Assembly (NCBI RefSeq): GCF_006345805.1
Contig: NC_042998.1
Span: 23,064,001-23,128,000, forward strand
Direction of reading: 5' to 3'
Source of the DNA: Octopus sinensis
Taxonomy: Eukaryota
DNA length: 64,000 nucleotides
Positions within the stretch are counted from its first letter, which is position 1; each line of letters starts with the position of its first letter. The position numbers and the translations under genes are program-made. Below are positions 33,916 through 64,000 of the stretch, one piece after another. The notes under the pieces were generated by a model. It did not search any database and had not been told where the DNA came from. It worked only from the letters and a program-made list of their open reading frames with translations.

Positions 33916-36900
33916 TCTTCATTGAGAATACCATATGAAGTTTAGTAATTTTTGTCAAATTTGATAACTGTTGGCAATTTCTTAGACTCACTAGGAAATG
34001 ATCAATTCTTTTTTTTTTTTTGAACAGTTATGTATAATTTCAAAGAAGGTCAAAATTTGAACCAAACTATTAACTGTAATTTGTCATTATTTGGAGTAAT
34101 TATTACACAATGTTATCATAGTTTGCTGGAAATAGTTCTTGCTAGATGTTATAACTCTTGACAATAGCAAATTAATGTCGAGTACGTAAACATCCCATAT
34201 ACAATGATTGCATTAACTCTGGGTTTCTTTATTTTTTTAGTTATTTGTTGTTTTTTGCTGCTGTTTTCCATGGTTTTTTTTTTTACAATTTTTTTTTTTA
34301 ATTGTGGAAATTTATTTGGTGCACACATGACACAGCAAAATGAATGAGATTTCAGAAGATTTCAGAAAATATGAGCAAAAAACTAAGTTAAAATGTTTGA
34401 ATTCATTACAGTTCATATGTTAGAAAAATATCTAAGATAATATTTTACTAGAGTTAATGAGTTAATTGATCGTTTTAAGATATTGAAACAAACCAAATTT
34501 TAAGTTTCAAGATAATCCATTTAAATCTCAATTTAATCTCCTCCGAGACGGGAGAGAAATTTGTTTGTAATTCTGTTTTTTACAATCTGATCTGTTGTTT
34601 CTAAATATTTGTTAATTGCATAATTCATTATAGAGTTCAGTGTTGAGTTTAATTACTATTCATGCTGATTAAAACAATTGAATACCATTGATGAAAACTT
34701 TAATCATCATCAGTTATACTGCTGCTTAGATTCTCTGGGGAGGGTTTTTGTTACATATCACGAAGAACTTAATCTCTTAGACTCAGTTTTGAAACAAAAA
34801 AAAAAAAACAGAAAAGAAAAGAAAATATATCCGTCCAACTTGTGTAACATGAATCTTTATTTTGATGTTATTTTTTTATTTCTTTTTCCGTCCATTGTAT
34901 CTCCGACAGCTGATAGAAAGGACATCCTTCAACTTGTTTGTATTTACTTTTTGATAAAAAAAAATTCTTTCTTTTATTCTTTTTTACTGGTTTCAATCAT
35001 AAGACTGCGACCATCCTGGGGGACTGCCTTTTAAGGGTTCTCAGTCGATCATATCAACCCCAGTACCCATTTCAGTCTGGTATTTGTTTCATTACCTTTT
35101 GATGTAAAGAGGTGCAGCTTGATGTAAAGAGATGCAACTTGATGCATCCTGAAGAGAACATGATTGTTTGTTTTTTTTTTAAATACTGTTCAGTTTGATC
35201 TCAATGTGTTTTTTTTTTTTTTTTTTTTGATGTAAAAATTATTTCAATATATTACTTTCATCCTGAAAAATTACTTTAAACTTTGTTGAATATCCGGGGA
35301 GCTTTGAATTTACATTGTTAAACAAATATAGACATGGTTTTCTTTGAAGTAGGTTTTTTTTTTCTTTTTTATGGTTAGGCTGGTTTTTCTAGATTTACCA
35401 TAAAATTCTAACTGAATTATGGCACACAAATGATAGAGGAATTATCTTAATTTTTCAGCATTTGGATTTACTCTGTCAAATATGATGCCAATTTATTCAC
35501 ATTGTTTTCAATTGATCATCCATTATCTCATAGCTTTGAGATTTTGATGATGTGGTTGCATTTTTTTAGAATGATATTGTAGGGTAGGTGGGAGAGGCTG
35601 GATATGGCCAGTTTGGACGCTAAAGGGTTAGACAATCACCATCCACGTCATTACAGCATGTAGAAGTTTTATCCTAAAGTTTCAACACTCAACATATTCT
35701 GTCTTTTATAAAATATAACTTTGTAATGCTTCATCTTGCAATAACAGGCAGTTCTGAGTAATGGCTTGGATTAAAGTATCTCTTTGTATGTAGCTCCAAA
35801 AACAAGAAAAGCCCCAACAAATATACTCAGACAAGGAATAAACAAACTAGTGCTAAACACACAAAAAAAAATATAATAAAAAGCACTACAAGGCTGCATA
35901 ATATTATTGAAAAATTGATTTAAATAAAGGAAGAGCAGATTAAAACTAAAAGATGGAGTATGAAGATGGTTTGTGAGGGACCAATTGGTAGTTATGGCTA
36001 CAGATGTATTAACTGAAAAGTTTTTCCAGTTATGACTGTTTTCATTTCCTTTAAAATGTTATGGTTACAAGACTTTAAGATATTTTAATATCTTTCACAA
36101 AATATCATTGTTGGTTTTTCAGTTACTGTTGCTTATTGTTATTCATTTCATGTATACACCTTATGCAAACTTACGAGCCACAAATAACAAAATCTTATTT
36201 CTTTTGATATACATACCATATTGTTTTCTTTACAATTTTTTTTTTATGTGTGTGTGTGTTAAAATTTTTTATGAGTTACATTGAATAACTATATTTTGTA
36301 AGTGACTGTAAAAATTGTTCATATCTAAATGGATTTTTTTCTTCCTTAATTAGAAGTTATAAATAAATTAGATATTTACCTGCAAGTGCTTATTGATCCT
36401 ATGTTTGTATTTCATATTCGGATTATAGAAATAACATCACTTCAATCACATATAGAACTACATCAAAAGAATGTTCCGGCAGAAAATTCAGTTGTAGTAG
36501 ATGAATGTTTCAAGAATGAATATTTATCATTATCTTCCCTTTACTTCATTATTCTTCTATTTTATCAGTTTGGTACATTAACCAATTATGCTACTAGTAC
36601 ATGGTATCCATTTATTATTTCCCTATTTTCATAAATAACATGGATGTAGAAAATTGTCCATGAGAATGGTAGAAACACTTCAGAACTGGCTGATTGCTAT
36701 TCGTCATTGTCATGGTTTAAATTATCAAGAATAAAACACTATCTGTTGAAAAATATAATTATTAAATCTCTTTTAAGAAATTCAAGTCAATAAACTAGAG
36801 CAGGGTACTTATAATATTTCTTTTACTTAAGGGAGCTAGCTGGCAGAATCATTGAGATGCTGGATAAAATGTTTAGTGGCACTTTGTCCATCTTCTTGTT

Positions 36901-37108
36901 CTAAGTTCAAATTCTGCTGGGGCTGACTTTGCCTTTCATCCTTTCGGAGTCGATAAAATAAGTACCAGTTGAATACTGGGGTTGATGTAATCGACTTAAC
37001 CATCAAACTTGCTGGTCTTGTGCCAAAATGGGAAATCCATATTTCTTATACATACACAGTGACATTTTCCTGAACATATTTAAAACAAGACATACATATA
37101 TATATATA

Positions 37109-37234
37109 TAAATGTAATATGCGACAATTATTCGGTAGCCATGATAAAACTCCGAGTTTTGGATGCCGAAATTTGAACCCTGGAAACTCGGAATTTTATC
37201 ATGGCTACCGAATAATTGTCACATATTACATTTA
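37109..37234. repeat. 51-bp-arm inverted repeat with 24-nt loop
   Basis: Arms 37109-37159 and 37184-37234, two mismatches. Confidence 0.9.
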
Positions 37235-37940
37235 CAGATAAATTCCTCTATTTACATAATATCGAGGTCTGTTTCATTCTTTTGTTGTCTTACCATTTTT
37301 ATCAATATATATATACACACGTATGTCTAAGTATATCTCCTTAAAATTAATGCAAGTTTTAAATGGAATTCAAACTCTTCAAAAGTCATAAATTAAGCTT
37401 TTGTTGACAGTATATATTTTTTCAATATGATCTCTTATCAAGAAATACAATTATAGGTCTTCTTATCCTTATCTACCTGCACATTATTTCTATATCTCAA
37501 ATCCTTAAAAGTGTCTATAATTATATGAATCAGCTAATCACATTGATTGAAGTCTAATGATGCAGGGAACCAAACATAGAGTAGCTGAAACTGAGGAAAA
37601 ATTATTTGCATCATCCTGCATCACAGTAGTTCAAGGTAAATGTTCTTGAAGTATGAAAAATCTAGCTTTCACCATCCATGGAATCATTAAAGTCAAAGAA
37701 AGAAAGAAGGAAAATTTTTAATGACGTTGGATATTTCTTGGTGAAAATTCCATTCATAAGAGTACAGTTTAAAAATTGTTTCTTTTCTTTTAATTACACT
37801 TATGCAAATTTGCAGCTAATCCAAAATTCATCTAAAAAAATCAATTTGATGAATTTACTCAAACGTTTAATTTGCATGAATTTCGAGATTATATATATAT
37901 ATATATACTTTATTTAAAAGCAGCAGAAATGTAACAAAAG

Positions 37941-37978
37941 CTGTTACTTGGAGTTTCACGTTCCCGTTCGTCAGACAG
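37941..37978 (-). ncRNA. Hammerhead ribozyme motif, left arm of palindrome
   Basis: Minus: CTGT-CTGACGA-ACG(GGAA)CGT-GAAA-CTCCAAG-TA-ACAG. Confidence 0.72.
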
Positions 37979-38000
37979 TTTTGTTAAATATTTAACAAAA

Positions 38001-38038
38001 CTGTCTGACGAACAGGAACGTGAAACTCCGAGTAACAG
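38001..38038 (+). ncRNA. Hammerhead ribozyme motif, right arm of palindrome
   Basis: CTGT-CTGACGA-ACA(GGAA)CGT-GAAA-CTCCGAG-TA-ACAG. Confidence 0.72.
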
Positions 38039-40184
38039 CTTTTGTTACATTTCTGCTGCTTTTAAATAAAGCATATTACTCTACCTCTGGTATTTGAGTA
38101 CTCTTTTTTCCACCTTGTTTCATTCACATTTATGTGTTTACTCCAGTATATATATATATATATATATATAGTCTCATTCACATAGACATATATGAAAGAT
38201 ATCATAAGATAGAATAGAATAGAAATATTTTAATTTGCCAATATGGTAATTGGTTTTATGAAGATAAATCTTTTTTTCTTTTCAATCACCTATAGCATTC
38301 AGATTTCATTTTTTTTCATTTTTCCATCTTGCTTTATATTTCAAACGAGAAAAGCAGTGTGATCTGTTTGAAGCAATAATGTCATGTGCACATCTTTTTT
38401 GTTAGTTATCATTAAAAGTAAATTTCAAAAATGAAGAAAAGAAAAAAAAAAAAAACAAAAAAAAAACACACAAACAAAAAATTAATAAAAAAAAAAAACA
38501 CTTAATGAAGACTATCCATTTGTTATATTAGAAAACTATATATATATGAATATACAAGAATATATTGTATAACAAACAGTATGAGCATTGTAAAACAAAA
38601 AAAAAAAGCTTAAAAATTATTGAGATGAATGTTTTTAGCATTCTAGTTATTGTTATGCATGGCTGTGGTTTTACGAGAGTAGGATAGAAGTTTTCATTCT
38701 GAAGGAACTCCGATTTGAAAATAATGAGAAATGACTGTTATTATAAAATAAATTACATGAATACTGACATAACTAAACAAACAACATTGTATTGATTCTA
38801 TCGAATGATATTATTATTGTAGCTAACGAGCACCCCACCCCCAAGTAAAACTGCAAAAAAATACAAAAAAACTTAACTGATCCAATTTAAATTACCATTT
38901 GTGGTCTTTGAGATTTTTTTTTTTTTTTTATGAGAAACAATCGTTACAAAAATATTACAATTTAGATTTTTTTTTTATGAGAAACAATCTTTATAAAAAT
39001 ACTACAATTTAGATCTTTTTTTTTTCTTGATAGCTAGAATATAATTATAGCGAACCATTAGTTCCATGAATGTAAAAATAGACTGTACTTACTGAATCTT
39101 GCATAGAAGTTTGGCAATTCTGCACTCTGTGGTTAGGGTGTTTGTTACTCATAATTATTTATAAAAGTATATCTTTTGAGCCCCTCCCCCCCCAACTTCC
39201 CATATCATTACCATTTACATCATTCCAATGTCAGTATGTCTTTAGACCTATTCTTCATGTCATACCAACTACAATTGATGTTTATGTATTAAGTATTGTT
39301 TGAAGATGGCATTCAAAATAAAATCATTGTTTATAAAACCCTACTTTGGCTCTGTTCATTTGTTTATCTCTCGTCTCTTCTATATTTCTGATTGAACATT
39401 ATTGACTTGTTTAACCCTTTTGTTACTAACCTGGCCAAAACCGGCTCTGGCTCTGTGGTAAAATGTCTTGTTTTCATAAGTTTTGAATTAAAATCTTCCA
39501 CCAAGCCTTAGTCACAATTTACTTTCCTAACACTAGCTGAATGATAACTAAGTTATTTTACTAAATTCTTTGTTATCATCATCATCATAATCACCATTTA
39601 GCGTCCGCTTTCCATGCTAGCATGGGTTGGACGGTCCAACTGGGGTCTGGGAAGCCAGAAGGTTGCACCAGGCCCAGTCTGATCTGGCAATGTTTCTACA
39701 GCTTGATGCCCTTCCTAATGCCAACCACTCCGTGAGTGTAGTGGGTGCTTTTTACGTGCCAGACAGGGCTGGCAAACGGCCACGGTTGAATGGTGCTTTT
39801 TATGTGCCACCGGTGTCATATTTAAAATAATTGAAAGAAACACAGAGCACCTCAAAATAAATACAGTAATGAAAGGGTTAATGCTTTCCAGCTTGCACAC
39901 AAGAATGTAAGACCCATATTCATAATTTAACATCCCTTTTCCCTGCTGGCATGGCTTGAACAGTTCAATCGGAGCTGACATTTACAGAGTGTTCTGGGTG
40001 CTCTTTACATGGCACTAGCAAGGGTGCTTTTCAGCTCAGTTGGGAGAGTGACCCCCTAAAAGGATGTAAAACAAAGTTGATGGGATTTGAACTCAGATTG
40101 TAAAGAACTAGAAATAAATGCCACTAGGCAATTTTTCTAACTCTAACAGGTCTACTAAACCACCATTCTAAGAATAAAAAGAAC

Positions 40185-40545
40185 ACTCAGAGAGTGCAAA
40201 CCACCGCCAAGGCAACATCAATGTCCTCTCAACGGATTAGCCGGAGATGTTTTTTAAAATGAGAATATCTGAAATAAACTCGACTGCTCCCACAAACAAG
40301 AATACTAGAAATAAACCCGACCGCTCTCAAAAATTAAGTAGAAAAACAGGAAAATTAATCCAGAATCCTCTTTCTGTACGAGATTGATCCCAAAATGTAA
40401 TCAGTTTATGCCAGTAACGAGGCCAAACATCCCTGAAAGTTTCATCCAAATCCATCCAACAGTTCTTGAAATATCTTGTCCAGGGTCAAACAAACAAATG
40501 TGACTGAAAACAATACCCCCGCCTTTGCTAAGGTGGGGGTAATAA
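40185..40545 (+). mobile_element. Probable non-autonomous Helitron/Helentron-like element
   Basis: Ends in ACAAACAAA plus GC hairpin ACCCCCGCCTT-TGCT-AAGGTGGGGGT; family recognised from memory only. Confidence 0.4.
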
Positions 40546-40885
40546 CAATGACATTTGAAATGGTTACAAGATCAAATATTTGGAGGGGGAAGGTACCAAC
40601 ATTTGGAAAGCTGCTGCTGATAACTCAAATACTGGGCAATCCATAATGACAGGATCTATGTAAAACCATTCCTCTGAGTATATTCTTCTGAATACACTTT
40701 GAATGTATTCTTCTGCACCCAAAATAAAGTTTTTAATTTACTCCACATTAAATGACTGATACTTGATACATAGAGGAAAAAATGTAAATACTTTGTCCAG
40801 ACCTAAAGTCTTTTCGTAAGAATAAAAGAAAGCAAAATGTTTAGTATTTTTATACATAATTTATTTACATAGATTTTACCTTCTT

Positions 40886-60399
<19,514 letters not shown>

Positions 60400-60633
60400 C
60401 GCAATTAAGCAAAAGGTGAAACCAATTAACAAACAACTTCCTAAACACGTGTGGGGGAAAAGTATTAAAAGCTGAATGTAACATTTATCGCCTTAGTTAC
60501 GTAGTTTCTTCTAGCTTCATGTCATCGCTGTTATTAGTTGCGTAGAAATCGCTCTCTTCAGTCATAATAATAATTATTAATGAATAGCAGTATAATAATA
60601 ATAATAATTGTGTACAGTGCTCAGGTGCACTAC

Positions 60634-61131
60634 AACTCGCCCGGCGTTGCCCGGGTTTGTAAGGGAAATAACTATAAAGCATTTTTAGAGAGTTACTTCC
60701 CTTATAGATGCCAATTCGGGCTTTCTTAGCCATTTCTGTTTTGGTGTCTTCAAGCCATGAAGTCGTTGTTCTAAAAGAACGCTGGTCTCCTTGACAACGC
60801 TTTATTTCCTTACACTCCCTTCCCCACAGCTTCACGAGGGAGGGAAGAAGGGGGAGAAGCAAACAGGTGCAGATGTGAGCGTGGACGCCAACTCCACCGC
60901 CATCGACACACGAAAAATTATGCATTAAAATGGAATAAAAAATGATGTAAAATTATTTTTAAAATCGTAGACTCATCGTAGACGCGCGCTAATAGCCAGA
61001 CGGACTCGATATGAATCACGACTATAAGATACCCGAATTTGGTTAAACTGCACCGCATAATGTGGGAGTAGTTAGGAATCTAAATCGAAGGGGACAGACA
61101 CTCACACAACTACAGTTTTATATATATAGAT
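60634..61131 (+). mobile_element. Helentron-associated (HINE/DINE-like) non-autonomous element upstream of DIMT1
   Basis: 5' hairpin CCCGGCGTTGCCCGGG, CpG-rich body, 3' end TTTTATATATATAGAT. Confidence 0.55.
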
Positions 61132-62574
61132 TTCAGTGAATAAAAAAAAAAAACAGGATCTTTTCCAAAAAACAAGTGGCTTCAGATTTGTGAAGGAGAA
61201 ATAAACGAAACTGTGCGACGTTCATGCCTTTCCCGAATACAATATATGAGAGGCAAATTAATTTTATCTCCACGTTTGTTTTTCTTAATACTTTTAACTT
61301 CTACATTCAATTTGTTTCAATTGCGGCCAAGCTGGGGCACTGCCGGTGGACTTGCAATGATGAATGATAAACATTGAAAGATTCATCAAAAGACAAGGGC
61401 GACAACTCAAAATCATTCGTGATGTTGCCTAAAACTGGATCTGCAAATTTTTGTTTCATATCACAAAATATGACATTAATTAATTACCTCCAATTGTTTT
61501 TTAAATAAAAAAAAAAAGACGGAAAAAATTAAACTGTGGTTTTCACAGGGCAACATGTTCTTTTCAAATATGATTTAGATTTTGTAAGAAAAATGTCAAA
61601 CATTTCAAATAACCATGTTTAAATATGAATCATCGTTTTGAGTTTCCAACCCCTTTCCCATGCTTGCATGGATTGGACAGAATTTTTTCTCTGTTGTGTC
61701 TCATCCTCTGACGTAATTCTTGTCATCTGCTTTATGAAAACCTCATGCCTGTACCATAGTGCAGTTTTCTTTTTAACATGCTATAGCTCATATCTTAGCT
61801 CATTTGGGCCACATCATTCCTGCAAACCAACATCACCCTTCTAGTAGAGCATTTATCTTTACTAAGTTATATATATTCACAGCAATGATAAGACAATTTT
61901 CCCACCATATTGCTTATAAAATACTAGCTTAAAAGTCGTACTCCATGCAGACTTAAAGCACAGTAGTTTTAAAATATAATTTTGAATTACCAATTTTTGC
62001 TGAGACTATATTCTCAGGATATTTTGAGAATTGTTTTCGTGTCTTTACCAGATATATTTCAATTTTAGTTTCTATTTTCAAGACACGAAGTTTGCACCAT
62101 TTTGGAATTACAAACAAAAATTAAGGTGATGATCGAAATCAAATTTGATGACTGGCATCCGTGCTAGTGGAGTGCTAAGAGCACCATCCGAGCGTGATTG
62201 TTGCCAGAGCAGCTAACTGGCTTCCATGCCAGAGGCACATAAAAAGCACCATTTGAGCGTGATCGTTACCAGCGTTGCCTTACTGGCACTTGTGCTAGTG
62301 ACGCATGAAAAGACAATTGAGCGAGGTTGTTGTCAGTGTCACTGGACTGGCTCCTGTGCAGGTGGCACATAAAAAAACACCATTTGAGAGGGGCCGTTGC
62401 CAGTATCACCTGACTGGCCCTCGTGCCAGTGGCACGTTAAAGCACCCACTACACTCTCGGAGTGGTTGGCATTAGGAAGGGCATCCAGCTGTAGAAACAC
62501 TGCCAGATCAGATTGGAGCCTGGTGCAGCCATCTGGTTCGCCAGTCTTCAGTCAAATCGTCCAACCCATGCTAG

Positions 62575-63131
62575 TGTAGTGATCCTATACAACAGCGCGT
62601 GCGCGCAACGCCCTCTCGCGAATACACGAAGTCCGGAAGAGGGAATTTTGCTGACGTGGCCTTAGCTTATTTAGGCGAAGGGAGCGCGAGCCTTAACAAA
62701 GAGGCAAGGGAGCGTAAAAGCGTTGACCATTGGCGTCTGGCAGACAGCGGCAGGCTTTCCATAGAAGCAGACGTTTAATTCGCTCTCTCTCCGGTTTTGA
62801 TAGCAGCAGTCTTTTGGCCAAAGACTTTTAACCTGAATTGTTGCAGTCAACATCATCTTCTTCCTCCGGACGCCATTTTTGACCCGTTCTGTTTTTAGCG
62901 GCTGAACATTGTAAATATTACAATCGATTAACTTTCAGCCTTGCGCGCCCAGAACCAAGGATATCAGATATACCACTGATCTCTCACCATAAAACAATAA
63001 AGTATATCTATTTTTTACGTCTGCGTTTTGTGTTTCTTTGACTGGTAGAGTCTGGATATAAAAGCAACGGAAAGTGATTGCTTCTCGCACCCCCCCAAAA
63101 GGTCCGGAGAAGATATTCACATTTCCCTACA
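62575..63131 (+). mobile_element. Probable solo LTR (557 bp) inserted in a tailed repeat
   Basis: TGTAG...CTACA termini, CTAG duplicated at 62571-62574 and 63132-63135, AATAAA at 62996. Removing it restores the host motif CCAACCCATGCTAGCATGGAAAG. Confidence 0.72.
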
Positions 63132-64000
63132 CTAGCATGGAAAGTGGACGTTAAACGATGATGATGATGATGGGGAGATAGGGGCATGTTTGTATGTATG
63201 TTTGTATGGGTTTTTTTCAAAGAATTAACAGCATAACTAAAATGAAAATTACTTAAAAATTGAAACTGAGTTTTGGTTTTAAATCTTCAGGTGTGTACCT
63301 CCTGCTCCACAGCACCTTCTGTCTTATTTCATAAAAGCAGAAGTACCTGGCATTGACCAGATTAAAAATACAATGAAATTTCATTCAAAAATTTCATATA
63401 CAAGTTTTTTCTTAATAATTATTGCGATTGGTATTTCTAACATTACTGACATAACAAATTCTGTGAGATTAACAATAATACTATACTTGAACTAGAAAAC
63501 AGATAGAAGCAAGTTTTGATCAAACTTCTTTGTATAAATTATTATGCGTTTTTACCAGTGGAGTATAAATGAAAAGAGAGAGTGTATGCCTGATGTCATT
63601 TGGCTGCCATTACTAGCTATGGTGCTGACCATTGTAGAATGTATTTCCTGTCCTTTCACGTTAAGTCAGTTCACGAGAGAGAAGGGGATGAACACAACCG
63701 CTAACACACTAACAAGACCACATCACACACACATACTGCATTAACTGCTATTTATTTTTTTGTAAACAGCCAAAACTAATGGTTGAGTCAAATTTTCAAG
63801 GGACATCAGCAATAAGTGGCCCACATAAGTTGGAATTTCTCAGTTTTGATGGGGATTTTTCAGATTCTTTTCAGTGCCCTTGGAAATAATCTAAAGCATC
63901 TTTTTAACAAAAAATTTGAGGGGAAAAAAGGAATTTTTAAAAATCTCTCCTTACCTCTTCTCTCTGGACTAATTTGGATCAATTTTGGGGGGAACTACGA

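Larger units (their letters stand above)
37908..38071. repeat. 164-bp palindrome (82-bp arms, no loop, two mismatches)
   Basis: Centre AAAT|ATTT at 37989/37990. Confidence 0.95.

Noticed and set aside
60497-60925. 142-aa minus ORF upstream of DIMT1 as an extra exon
   Set aside because: Lies mostly in a Helentron-like repeat and microsatellite; DIMT1 already starts with the conserved MPKVK.

Overview
AT-rich animal genomic DNA with spliceosomal introns. The repeat families point to an octopus/coleoid cephalopod (inference from family recognition, not a search). I assembled three complete multi-exon genes by hand, with all GT-AG junctions and phases consistent: FAM204A (minus, 7 coding exons, 194 aa), WDR54 (plus, 9 exons, 332 aa) and DIMT1 (minus, 12 exons, 306 aa). 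FAM204A and WDR54 are head-to-head with ATGs 563 bp apart; WDR54 and DIMT1 are convergent. Most ORFs in the supplied track are spurious and lie in repeats. Introns and intergenic DNA hold tRNA-derived SINEs, a (GAT)n-tailed repeat with internal hairpin minisatellites, mariner/maT/pogo/hAT/piggyBac-like relics and MITEs, CR1-like and Tx1-like LINE fragments, Helentron-like elements and a probable solo LTR. Most notable: (1) minimal type-I hammerhead ribozyme motifs with palindromic stem III in five unrelated short repeat families. These include a TSD-flanked foldback element built from two back-to-back tRNA-like heads, each followed by a hammerhead tail (4580-5567), and a 164-bp zero-loop palindrome with one hammerhead per strand (37908-38071). 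(2) A genomic Asn (AAT) at the conserved SAM-site Asp of DIMT1 that one A-to-I edit would restore.
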